64,000 nt of DNA. Source: Vicugna vicugna (Eukaryota). Made by a program: the position numbers and the translations under genes. Location of the stretch: contig MU058636.1 in NCBI GenBank assembly GCA_013265495.1, positions 7,580,295-7,644,294 of the forward strand. The letters run 5' to 3'. The notes below the pieces were generated by a model. That model was not told where the DNA came from. It saw only the letters and a list, made by a program, of their open reading frames with translations, and ran no database searches. Each line of letters opens with the position of its first letter. Within the stretch, counting starts at the first letter, position 1. Shown here one piece after another: positions 27,600 through 39,957 of this stretch.

Positions 27600-28350
27600 C
27601 TGTGGAAGGTCAAGGGCTCGAGAGGGTGACTCGGTGACACAGTTGGGTCCCCCTTTCCGCCTCAGGCCTCCGCTCTTGGGGGCCCTGAGCGCGTCCCCGA
27701 CCTCGAGGCGGTCAGGCGCCGGGCGTGCGGCCCCAGGAGGAGGGCGGGCCGCCAGGGCAGGCTCGCGCCCCGCAGGGCCCCCCAGGCCGCCGCGCTCAGG
27801 GCCGTCCCGGTGACGAGCAGGTCCGCGCCCGGCTGGCTGGGCTGCGCCGCCCGACGGGGTCCCCGCGCCCGCCTGCGCGCGGTTATAAACGCAGCAGCCT
27901 CCGCTCCCTCCGCCGCAGTCGCCGCCGCCGCTTACCTGCCCAGGGATTTGGCCGAGCTCCGCGCCGATAATTGAGGCCGCCATGGCGCGATGCCCACGTG
28001 TGGGACCTGGGACAGGTTCCCCGCGGGAGGAGCTCGCCAGCCCGCGCGCCGCGTCCGCCGCGCAAATGGCTCCGGGCCCGCAGCTGCGGGGCGCCCGCCC
28101 CCGGCCCGCCTTAAAGTGACCCTGCCGCCCGCTGCTGCTCCCGAGGGGTCTCTGCAGGACCCGCGGCAGGGGGAGGACTTCCGGGAGGGGGGACCCGGGG
28201 GAGGGGGATAGGCTGCACAAGGTGCCCTGCAGCTCCTTGGGAGGCCCCGTCATTGGCACACTGCCCACCCAGAGTTCCCAGTTCCCGTACCTCGGGGACA
28301 TCACACAGCTCAGGACTTGGGCGGAACCGCCGCTCCCCGCTGGGAGCAAG
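27600..28350. promoter_or_regulatory. SOHLH2: CpG island / SOHLH2 promoter and first exon
   Basis: Very GC- and CpG-rich segment around the ATG; GC boxes; E-box CACGTG at 27995-28000; E2F-like GCGGGA at 28023-28028. Confidence 0.88.
27936..27983 (-). CDS. SOHLH2: SOHLH2 coding exon 1 (MAASIIGAELGQIPGQ)
   Basis: ATG at 27983 in a strong Kozak context (cgcgccATGG) inside a CpG island; 48 nt; donor CAG|gtaagc; resembles the recalled human N-terminus MASSIICQEHCQISGQ. Confidence 0.93.
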
Positions 28351-28394
28351 GGCTCCTCCAAAAGACTTCACTGTCTTAAGGGAAAGCTTTCAGG

Positions 28395-28503
28395 TTTATT
28401 TTTATTTATTTATTTTTAACATTTTTTATTGATGTATAATCATTTTACAATGTTGTGTCAAATTCCAGTGTTCAGCACAATTTTTCAGTCATTCATGGAC
28501 ATA
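28395..28503 (-). mobile_element. Short 5'-truncated young L1 3' end
   Basis: (ttta)n tail then aacattttttattgatgtataatcattttacaatgttgtgtcaaattccagtg, which I recall as a camelid-type L1 terminus. Confidence 0.65.
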
Positions 28504-30914
28504 AATATTAGGAATAAACTGGATTTTTTTTTTTCTTTTCCCAAGACAAACATGATAGGGAAGACGAGGACTATTATGGTGTTTTCTTTTCAAACTACGA
28601 AGAAATTTAAAATTTTAGAAGCATTTCTAAGTGAAGTGGGCTGGAAAGAGAAAGAAAAATGCCATATGACATTTATATGAAGAATCTTAAAAAAATGACT
28701 ATTATTTTGACTTCTTGAATATGTGTAAGCACATCTGACTGTCCTTTATGATTGGATTACCACATTCTGTTGATTCTTATTTTGTAGTTGGCTTTATTCC
28801 TTTAATAATTATGTAAGTTTAAAAAGCTAAAGATCTAATCTGTTCTTAGAAACAATAATTCGTACATATATGTAAACAAAAAATGGGCAGTATACTGTAT
28901 TTGCATGCAATATAATGTGTATGTGCAGTCAAACTACAATAATTCTACCTAATAAAACTGAAAAAGGAGAATAAAAAAATTTTAGAAGAATTTTGCCCTT
29001 GAGTCAACAAATACTGTCCTCATTTTCTCAAGTAAGAAAGCCTCCAGGTGTCTGGTGCTATGTGACCCGATTTATTCAGCCTTGCTAGACGTTTTACTGA
29101 GAACTGAAGGCCAAGACCTGCAGGATATCCTTCCTCTTGTGGGTCTTTACTATTGTTTCTGAATTTTTCCATTGCTAAAAGTTAGTGGAGGTGAGGGGTG
29201 ATAGTATCTTACAGTGTCTGTCACTTTGAATGTGCCTAGACTCTTGATCTTACTTGAACATAATACAAACGCTCCGCTTGAACCACCATCTCTGATCTCT
29301 GGGCAAGCCTCCTTTTTCCTGAGCAGGTGGTGGTGTGTTCTGATTTAGATCATGATAGCATGCAAAAATAGTACATTGATTGTCTATGATTTTCATGGGA
29401 GGAAAAGTGCAGATAAATTTCTGATGGGATCATTCTGCATTATCTTTGGAAATAAATGTAGACATTTTAGTAAATAGGAATTTGGGCTCTTTATTGCTTT
29501 TCCAATTAATCAGGAACTGAGTGTGTCTAGCTAAATGTCTGTGAAGAAGTTTGCTCAACAATATGAGCAGAGGTGAAGTCCTGCCCAGGCATTGGGGTGG
29601 GTGTGAACTGGGGCAGCTTTGAGCTCTTCCCCCTGTATGGTAAATGAGGTTTGCATTGCTCTAAATGTCTAGACTAGCAACTCTGATGCTAATAGTGACA
29701 TGAAGGTGGAAGCCAGGAGATCCCTATTAATGCCACAGCAGACCAAGTGCTTACCAAAGCTGGGAGTCAAAGAAAAGATGTTGGGAAAAAAAAACTAACA
29801 ATAATAATAATGTGTGCTTGATGTTAATGGCTGCCTTTGACAAAGCAGCGGGAAAAAAAAATGAGCTTGGGATATAATCAGTCAGTTTGCAAGGAAAAGG
29901 GAATAGAGAGAATCTAAGAGAGAATCTAGAAGTCTGGGGCATCAAGGGGCATGAAAGTGTTGGAAAGGCCAACTGCTTCTAGACCCCCAAAGGAGGAGAT
30001 AAGACCAAGAAGGGTTCTGAGCAACAAGAGGCCACTAAGGCAGCCTCGTGGCAAAATTCAGATTATGAGTGTTAACTTCATTGTAAATAGCTGCAAGGCA
30101 GCTGCCTGTAGGTAGAGAGAGATATAGGCCAAAGAAACAAATCACGCTCTAAAATGATTATTATATATGGAGTTATATTATCCAAGAAACCATAAACTTG
30201 GACTATAAAGCTTTTGGCTATTTGAATGAAGCCACCACCCATGGGAACCCAAGTTTGTTCAAACAGAAACCGAGCTCTAAAAGCTGTGCAGGGCCTAACC
30301 TCCAATGTGCACTTTAAATATGAGCAAGAGGTTGAAATGAAAGAAACTCCCACTCAAAAAAATGGACAAGAACATTCCCACCAGGAAGCAGAATCAGAGC
30401 CTGATCAAGGAACCTAACCCATTCCCAAGGAAGAGGATTTCACCATGTCTGCCCAATGGGATTCCATAAATGCTAAGGGCCAATGATGCTGTGCATTCTT
30501 CCTTTTCTGAGTGAAAGGGATTATGGGTATCCTCCCCTCTCAGACATGACTTGGTACATTTCACGGTTGTTTGGCCCCAGCCTGTATTTGGCTCAGACTG
30601 TACAGCTTTTGTACAAGGCTTAAAAGAGCAGTATCCTAGAAACACACTGATGAAAAAGCAAGAGATTCTGTTTGGTTTAAAAAAAAAAGAATTATTCTGG
30701 CTATGTTCAGCAGACTGGAAAATACACTGAGTTAGAATCACTTTAAAAATATCAATTGAAATTCTAGAATCTAACTCACTGATGCAGGAAAGCCAGGGGC
30801 CACCACTATCAATGAACAGCTGAATTCGTGTCTATGTAGTTTCAAATAAAGATATCATTATCTACTGAAAACAATATCCAAAGACTTGTGAGCCTTACTA
30901 AAAATACTGTTTGA

Positions 30915-31485
30915 TATATTAGTGAGCATAGACTGCTTCAACAAGTAAAACCCAAATCTCAGTAAAAGACACACTCACGAAAAGGATTTATTTTTCACAC
31001 ACACCACAATCAAATGAAGGTTTGTAAGGTAAGAGAAATAGAAGTGCTATATGCAATGATTCATATACCTAAGTTTCTTTCATCTTGTGGCTCCTACCCT
31101 CCCCTGGGGCCTTGGCATTTACTTCTAGACCCTCAACATACCCATCAACCAAGACTGAAAAAGAGGACAACCAAGAAGGATCACCTGGGAGATTTTCAAG
31201 GGCCAGTCACAGAAATGACATACATCATGTATGCCTATATTATACTGGCCTGAAGTCAGTCACAGGACCACACCCAGCCGCACACAGTGTTTCACAACTA
31301 TATCACTAAACACAGTAGCATACACACCATACGTACTAAACGGGGTGTCCCACATATATACCACTAAACAAGGTAGTATGTGCACCATTCATGGTTAAAC
31401 AAAGTGTTTCACACATGGAAAATGTAGCCTGGTTTTGCACTTCATAGAAAAGGAGTTTGATAGGCACATAGCAGTCTTTGCCACA
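30915..31485. mobile_element. MaLR LTR (MLT1J/K/L-like) with an internal minisatellite
   Basis: aaacccaaatctcagt...ggatttatttt start; gtctttgccaca end. Confidence 0.5.
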
Positions 31486-31754
31486 GTCCATCAATTTGCT
31501 CACCAAATATCCTTTGCTCCTTTCTTTCCAAAATACACTTATCTCCCCACAAGGAAGACAGACAAAGCCTATTCATTCATTTTGTCTAGTGCAAATTTTA
31601 GTGATTAAGTTGAGAAAAATGTATTTAGGTCCTAACATAAAGAAAATATTATAGGCTCAAAGTAAAATGAATTTTTATGTTGGATTTTTAAACATTTTAT
31701 TTGCTGTTTTGATGCTTTAAGTTTAAATGGGTGCACCCTTTTTTTCTGGCCTTC

Positions 31755-33255
31755 ATGGAGTATCAGAGGCAAGATTTACCCTCTTGCTTGAAATAGAAAA
31801 CTGGACAAAAATATATGAAACATTTGTCTGCAGACATTGAGAAACATGCACCATAAGACTGTGATCCCTAAGAGAAATAAATTGAGCCCTACTATCACTC
31901 TAGATTTCTGCCTTGAGGTACCTTCCAGACCTCAGAGTGGAGAGGGGGATGGTACTTTTACGTAGTTGAGAAGATAGAGACTGGATTTCATGGAGATTAA
32001 AGTAACTGAAGTTATAGAGCAGATTACAGAAGAGAAAAGAGTTAAGCAAAAAGAGAACTCCAGAAATCGATACAGGGCCTCCAAGTCCTTGCTAACACGA
32101 AGACGCATAAGCTTCGAGTGAACGGCTACACAGTGTGCAGAATGCTCACACAGGGCTAAGAGGCATCTGAGCTCCAATCAGCCAGGGTGGAGTGTCAACA
32201 AACTGATCACTCACCACATTTAATAGAGATCACGATAGCTATGCCTTATTAATGGGGCTAAACTCTCTCAAGGGTAAAGATTATTCTACACCCACCCTAA
32301 CAAAGGCCTGAAAAGATTGACCTCCAAGTAATTTAACTGCCTTTATAAGAACAAAGCCTAATGAAAATCTATAACCAACAACATAAAATCACCAATGTCT
32401 AGCATCCAATAACAAATTAATAGATAGGGCAAGAAGCAGAAAATGAGACCCCAAACCAAGAGAAAGATCAATCACTAGAAACAGACCTAGAAATGGCAGA
32501 GATAAAGATGAAGGAATTAGCAAATAAGCATGTTAAAACAGCTATTATAACTATATTCAATTATTTAAAGGAAAATACAAATGCAGTGAGAGAAACAGAT
32601 GTAAAAAATAAAGAACCAAATGGGATAATATCAAGTGGTTTGGCTCAGGTTGTAACTAAGTCTTCGAAGAAGAAAGGGTAGAAAAAGAACTTGAAAAAAT
32701 GACCAAAAATTTTCCAAACTTGATGAAAACTCAAAATCCATACATCCAAGAAGCTAAATGAATCTTCTGCAGGATAAACACAAAATCACACTAAGGCTCA
32801 AAAACAATTCCTGAAAACCAGTGATAGGAAATCTTAAGATTAGCCAGTTACGAAAGCCACATTATGTACAAAGAAACAAAGAAAATCACCCACTTCTCAT
32901 CAGAAACTGTGGATGCCATGAGACAATGGAATAGAATCTCTAATGTGCTAAAAAAACCAAAGCTGTCAACCTAGCATGTTGCCTTCTATTCCAGAAGGAC
33001 TGCTCCTTTTCCTCTCCTCCAGGCCCTGGAATCATCATTTGGGGCCCACTCTTCTTCCCCTGTAGAGTTGACCATTAAACTGTATACATACACACCAGTG
33101 AAACTATCTTTCAAAAATGGTGAGATAAATACTTTTTCAGATAAACAAAGGTAGAGGAAATATGTTGCCAAGAGACCTGAACTTCAATTTTAAAGGAAAT
33201 TCTTCAAGTGGGAAGAAAATAATGCCAGGTGAAAACTTGGAGCTACACAAAGGAC
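31755..33255 (+). mobile_element. Old L1 5'/ORF1 fragment
   Basis: aattttccaaacttgatgaaa, ttctcatcagaaac and actatctttcaaaaatg resemble L1 ORF1. Confidence 0.7.
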
Positions 33256-33261
33256 TAAAGG

Positions 33262-33853
33262 AAGTTGCTGGGAGATGATTTCCAGGTCCTTAGACCATTT
33301 TGCCCAATAGGAGTATCTTTGTTTCCTAGTGGTTTTGGCTGGTTTTAGACCAGATAGTCTAACAATGTGATTTATGATGGGGATTTTGGGCCAAGGGGTT
33401 TTAACTCTACCTCTGAAAGTGCTGGAGACCAGGCATCAACCTTGGAGGGAGCATGTGATTGAGCTCCAATAAACACTCTGAACACCTAGGATTAGGTGCG
33501 TTTTCCTAGTTGACAGTACTCCATGTGTGTCGTCCCACATCACGGCTGGGGAGGGCTATCGCTGGCTAAGACTCAATGAGAAGGGGACAACTGGAAGATC
33601 TATGTTTGGACGCCTCCTGGACTCTGCCCAGTGTGTGTCTTCTCTAGGCTGATTTGTCTCTACATCCTTTCTCTACAATACACTGTAACCATGAGTGTAC
33701 CAGCTTTCACGGAGTTTTGAGCACTTGTAGGAAACAACTGAACCCCTGGGTGGTTATTGTAACCCCCTGAACTTGCCGTTGGTGTCTGAAATGAGGGCAG
33801 GTCTTCTGTGGACTACTGTCCCCTCTAAGTTCTCAGGTGACTAGACCCTCACA
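33262..33853. mobile_element. ERV LTR (MER21-like)
   Basis: ccagatagtctaacaatgtgatttatgatgggg and gttggtgtctgaaatgagggcag motifs. Confidence 0.6.
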
Positions 33854-35679
33854 ATGGGGTAAATGAAAAATGATAATATCCAACATTTATACATCTTTTA
33901 AGCATTAATGTGCTTAAGAGCATCACAATAGGTCCAGCATAGTTACCAAATGGAAGATTCTCATCTGGTTAATTTTTTGTTGCCGCCCCTCAAGGGAAAA
34001 GGGAAGATTTCTCTTCAAAAGTAGGTATCCCTGCATTCATAGTTTTCTTTTCACTTCTTTACTACTCTTTCTATCACATCATACAAACTAGGGCTATGTT
34101 TAATTTAAAAATTATTTTAGTGCAATGTCCCCATATTTCTCATTTCACTCGTGCTCTTGCCAGGTTATCATTCTAAATGTCACTCCCAGGATTGTTCCTG
34201 TTCTTAAGGCCTTGATCCTTGGGTTGTTAGTTCATACTTTGCCACTCTATTCTTACATTTCTTACACTGCAAGTCTCTAATTCTCAAGATCCTAAAGTGA
34301 CCTTGGAGAACCCTTATCTTGGGTTTAGGTCCACCTTTTCATTCCAAATATTGACTGAGTGAGTGTCCAAAATATGCACATCCCTGGGCTAAGTCCTGGA
34401 GACACAAAGATGAATAAGATGTGGCCCTACCCACTCCCGAGAAGCTAACGCTTTATAACAAAAAAAGGCATGCAAAACATAAAACAAGCCTGTCACTTAG
34501 GTGATTAAAACCACAAAAGTAGCATAAGCAAGGAAGTTAATCATAGTTCAGTTGATCAAGAGGTCAATTTTAGTCACAGAGATTGAAGGGCTATCCTTGC
34601 CCATTACCAGGAAGTATTATTAACTGATTCTCAACATCCCAGTATGACATTTTTACCACCTTTTTCTCCTTTGTCTAGCTTTCTGGCTATGATAAAGGCC
34701 TTAAGAAAGTTATAGTAATGACAAGAAAAAGGAGATGATGGAGGTAAAGGAAAAATATGTTCCTTGAAAACTCATAAATCCTAGTGTGTTTATTTCATTG
34801 ATCTCTTCTTTTTTTTTTTTTTCCAATTCCTTTAGCACTATCTAGACAGATCACTCTAGAGCTGTGATCTGCTTTTAAGACTTAACTATTTACACACTGG
34901 TAAGTCAATATATTTTTTCTAGATAACTTACGACGTTTAGTATTCTAGTATGCTCGCTTCTCTTTAAATGTCCAAATCTTAGCATCATTGTTGTCATAAT
35001 TGTTATTCTGGTATTAAAAAAATAAAAAATCTAAATTATTTACATCTTGAAATAAATATCTATAACTTAATTTCTCAATTTATTTTAAAAAATACATATA
35101 ATATGTGGTCTAGACAGGCCCTCACTTGTGCACATTGCAAAAAGAAACCACATAGTGTTATGGATAAGCTTCTGTTGCAAGAAATAATTCTTAGTCTAAA
35201 ATAAAAAATTTCTTGTCCAGTAGAATGTGATTATCACATACTAAAATTGATAGAAATAACTCTGCTTTGGAATCTCCAGATATACATGATAAAAATAATG
35301 AAAATGATGAAAACTAGAAAAGAACCTTGAAACAAAAACTATATAGCTGTCTATAAAATAAAATCTAGTCCTAGTCAAAAATCAAAAGGTGTTTTATAAA
35401 TATCTCTGCAAGGTTATCACGCAAGAGATGTGATTATTCAAAAGAAGTCAAGGAATCACTGGGAAGTGGCATATAGCCCGCATTGTTCTTCTGATTAGTG
35501 TAGTATCTGAAAGAGATTCTTATTTGGAAAATTATGTTTAAAAAATGCTCTTGACTCAACAATGGCACTAATGACAATGCATTTGATGTAAGATCACATT
35601 TTCTGAGAAAGATCAAATAAGATTTCATTAAAATTTACCTGCTAATTTATATTAAGAGGTTAACATATGTTTAACATTT

Positions 35680-36405
35680 GTTTTTAATAAGAGATTTATT
35701 GAGATATAAATCATATAATGGGCAATTAACCCATGTAAAGTGTACAATCCAATGCTTTTTAGTTTATTCATGGTGTTGTATAGCCAACACCATGATTAAC
35801 TTTAGAACATTTCAGCACCCCAAAAAGAAACCCTTGCACATATTAGGAGCCATTCTCCATCACCTACCCTTTCCTTGGCCCTGCCAGATTTTAGCAACTA
35901 CTACTAATCTACTTTCTGTCTAAAAGGATTTGCCTATTCTGGACATTTCATATAAATGGAATCATACAAAATGTGATCTCTTGTGACTGACTTCTTTCAC
36001 TCAGGATGTTTTCAAAGTCCATCCGTGTTGTAGCATATGTCAGTACTTACTCCTTTTTATTGCTGAATAATGTTCCATTGTGTGGATATACCACATTTTA
36101 TTTATCCCTTCATCAGCTGATGGACATACGGGTTGTTTCCACTTTTTAACTATTATAAATAATGGTGCTATAAACATTTGTGTACACATTTTTATGTGGA
36201 CATAGGTTTTCATTTCTCTGGGGTGCATACAGAGGGGTAGAATTGCTGGGTCATATGGTAAGTCTATATTTAACCTTCTGAGGAACAGGCAGACTTATTT
36301 CAAAGTGGAGGTGCTGTTTTACATCCACCAGCAGCATATGAGAGTTCTGATTTCTCCACATCCTCATTATTACTCATTATTATCTGTCTTTTTTATTATA
36401 GCAAC
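35680..36405 (-). mobile_element. L1MB-like 3' end
   Basis: Minus-strand ORF2 C-terminus MFIAPLFIIVKKWKQPVCPS...MWYIHTMEHYSAIK. Confidence 0.85.
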
Positions 36406-37509
36406 ATTCGTTTTTATAAATGGTATTTTTGACATTTTGTAATACATTTAGACATTAACATGTTTGAAATATATTAAATATTGTTTACTAATGTTTTGCT
36501 TTATGAATTCTGAACTCTTCAAAAAATAAATACTAATATTAATACATATTTCAGTATTAAACAAAGACCCCAAATTATCAATTTTGCACTGGTTATTTCA
36601 ATAAGTAATTATATTTTCTTATAAAACTTTACATGATAAATTATCCTTCAGAGCTTAGAATTAGGTAAAATTTTTGTCTACTTATATATTCCTTCTACAA
36701 AAAAAATGAGAGCTGAATAACTCATTCTTTCTTGTGCTGATTACTATAAAGCTTAAAGACAGTTTTTTTTTCAGTTGGGAATCTTGCAAAACTTTAACTT
36801 TTACTTCTATCTTTCATCTTATGGGTGTTGTTTTTATATCGCTATATTTAGTAAAAAGTGGCACAATCTTTTTTAGAGGGAAAGAGGCTATAAAGAAGTA
36901 AACAAATAAATATGTAGTAAATACCTTTGATCTGCACTGCAGTTTATTCCCAGCTCTATAAATGAAAGCGATGCAGTGGAAAGTGATTTACTCAGAGTCA
37001 GAAGCTTAGAAGTGGCAAAACTGATATTAGAGCACAGATCTTAGAGAGTCCTCCATTTCAGTTCTTTATATTCCCTCACCAGCCTCCATCACTCTGTTTA
37101 AGACAGACATTTTCTGACATTGGAAAGTATCCCAAAGTAGCTCCTGCAGAACTAACATTTCAATGTGACAGAGTCCTCATAATAAGATGTTCAACTAATT
37201 CACCATTCTAGTGACTGAGATCAGTTTAAATGTTCTCAATCCAATCCCCACAATGGCTTAGCCCTGTGTGATAGAAACAAATGTGTCTATTTTTTAGTGG
37301 TGATTCTGTGATTATTATAAATATCACTAATATTTAAATGATCAATTTGCTGCTAATGCTAAGAAAGATTGTGTAAGATATAAGAAATCTAAGATTTAAT
37401 AATATGGGTCATGGTACCTGATTATCTGTAGTTAGCTTAAAAACAGGAAAATAATTCGTTTCCATTTGGAATAATTTACAGGAAGTTACTTTATATTTCT
37501 GTGCATCAC

Positions 37510-37727
37510 TTTTTTTGTTGTTTTTGTTTTGTTTTGCGTTACTGAAGTCTACTTAATTTACAATGTTGCATGCGTTTCAGATATACAGCAAAGTGATTCA
37601 GTTTTATATATACACACACATACACACACACATATATACAAATACATATATTCCTCTTCAGATTCTTTTCCATTATAAATATAAGATATCTAATATAGTT
37701 CCCTGTGCTATACAGTAGGTCCTTGTT
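37510..37727 (-). mobile_element. Truncated artiodactyl-type L1 3' end with (CA)n
   Basis: cagcaaagtgattcagtt...ttccctgtgctatacagtaggtccttgtt; imperfect TSD tctgtgcatcactttt / tctctgcactactttt. Confidence 0.75.
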
Positions 37728-38851
37728 CTCTGCACTACTTTTAAAGTTACATAAAAGAATTGTCTTTTATGTTAAAGAATATGCATTCTTTCTTAAAGAA
37801 AGAAAGTAAATATCTATAAGTAGTTGTAGAAATGCATTTGGCATTCATTACTGGTTATACTGAATAGAATTTAGGTTTTAGTGCCAGATAGAAGGGGAAA
37901 ACACAATCAGCTGGAAACTACTTACCTCTGAGTGATTTCCGGAAAGTTGAAGTCCAATAATTTCACTTATTAAGTCAGGGAAATAAACAGATGTATGTTC
38001 CAGACCTAGGCGACTGTTACAAAACAATCTAAATATGAAGAGGAGAATTTAAAAAAATGTTTAATTTCTTAAAACTTCTCGTACCCTAATCTATTTCCAC
38101 TCTAGACTTGAGTGATGTGAATACCTGGCAGTTTGGTCCAAAGAACTATGCCATCACTAAAAATTAATAAACATCATAAAACGACTTAAATTACCATGTG
38201 CTAAGTGGCAGGACCTTGTAGCTGAACAAGTACTGGTCTTCTAGAATGGCAAGAAACCTTAGAAATTGTTTAGTTTACCTCAGTCATTTTGCAGATGTGG
38301 GAAATGAAGATGAGGTGAAGGAACTTGCCCCAAATCTCCTAAGTTCACAGCAGGGTGGAAACTGTAACCGAGCTGATTCCTGATTGAAAGCTGTTTCCAC
38401 AACACCATGATAGTTCAAATTAAAGTTTAGATTCATCTAATCTGCATCTTTGTTTAAAATTTGAGTTTTAGAAAGCTGAACACGACATAGCCTAAAATAG
38501 CAAAAAGTCTTGATGAACTCACATTTTTAACTAATAGTCGACTAGAATCCAAATAAAGCAGCGATCTTACTATCAGATTAGATCATGGGTATATTAGTAA
38601 AGGCAAGTGGAATGATGCCAACCTTAAGGCTTTCTAGGATATTTTTAAAATCATTAGCTATTAGTTTAGGTCACTTGAGAAAATTACTTTTATACAGACA
38701 AAGGAACAAACTTCTGGAAGAAGAGCTAAAGAGAAGTGTGATAGCTCTTTCTTATCTATTTCATTCCCTGAAAAGTGTGGGGAATAAGTAACTTCACAAG
38801 TCGAATATTACATATGAAAAATGGGGAGATAGTAAACCACTCAGTCTGGAA

Positions 38852-38951
38852 TCACAGATTGAGTTTTGGAAGATGGTTTGATCTTGCAGTCTTTTTTACT
38901 GGTCCTCTCATGGCATTCGCTGTCTTCTGAGTAACTGAATTACACCTTCTC
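38852..38951 (-). CDS. CCDC169: CCDC169 last coding exon (RRCNSVTQKTANAMRGPVKKTARSNHLPKLNL*)
   Basis: tatttcag| acceptor; in frame with exon 7; TGA at 38854-38852; resembles recalled human KRGPVKKITRPNHLPELHP*. Confidence 0.88.
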
Positions 38952-39957
38952 CTGAAATAGAGTAAGCGTTAATCATGACTTTTCAGTCACCACTGGGTAC
39001 AAGAAAAACATAATATGTTAAGTGGGGAGGGCTGTGCATTTCACCTAGTTTCCTCAGAGCACAGTCCTTCACAAGGAAATCTCCCTGTGCAGATTTTCTT
39101 CCTCCCATATAATCCTAAACAGCCACGTGTTACACCGTATCATCTCGTCAAGCTCGAGAGGCAACCAGCGCAAGAAAATTTAAAGGCCTGGCAGAAGCCC
39201 ATGGGGTGGCCTAATGTGGAAAGCTTTGTCCAAACAGGAATAAGATGGACCATTCTGATACTAGCCTCTAGAAATGTGGATTAAAGCTAAGAAAATACAT
39301 AGAGAGAGGCCATGAAGTAGAGCAGGGACGAGATGGAAATAAGGATTGACGAGTAAGTCTATGTTATCTAAATCACAATAAAATTGAAACTATGATATAC
39401 CAATGTCTGTGATATAAAAGATATATAGAAAATGAAGATGGCAGTTGGCAAGGAGAAGAAAAATGAAGTAGAGAATAAACTAGTGGTCTATTATACTACA
39501 AATAATAATAGCAACATTTTTATAGGTCATAATCTGTGTCAGGGACTATTCTAAATTTTATTTATTTATGTATTTACTCATATCAACTTCACAAAATCTC
39601 TATTATTAGCCCTGTTAGACAGAAGAAAGAAACAGGTTATATAGTTAGCAAGTGAATCTGGGATTTGAATCCAGGAAGTCTGAGTTCAAAGTCTGTGCTT
39701 TTAATTATTATTCAATATGGCAAACCACTAAAGTGATGATCCGTGAACATCTGCGGAGGTGGTCAAGCTTCCCTGAATCCTAATTCTGGTATCTGTGGGC
39801 CCATTTACATTGGAATTCCTGTTCTTGGATTTCCATGGGATCACCTTTCTCTTATTGACTTATGTATCTTTACAAAGCCAACTGCCCCATGTGCTCACTT
39901 GATATGGTAAGAGCCAGCTCCAATTCCCTGAAAGGTGCTTTAAAAAACATTTCACTC

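Noticed and set aside
27546..28361. 271-aa minus-strand ORF
   Set aside because: Stop-poor CpG island; only MAASIIGAELGQIPGQ is coding and it ends at a consensus donor
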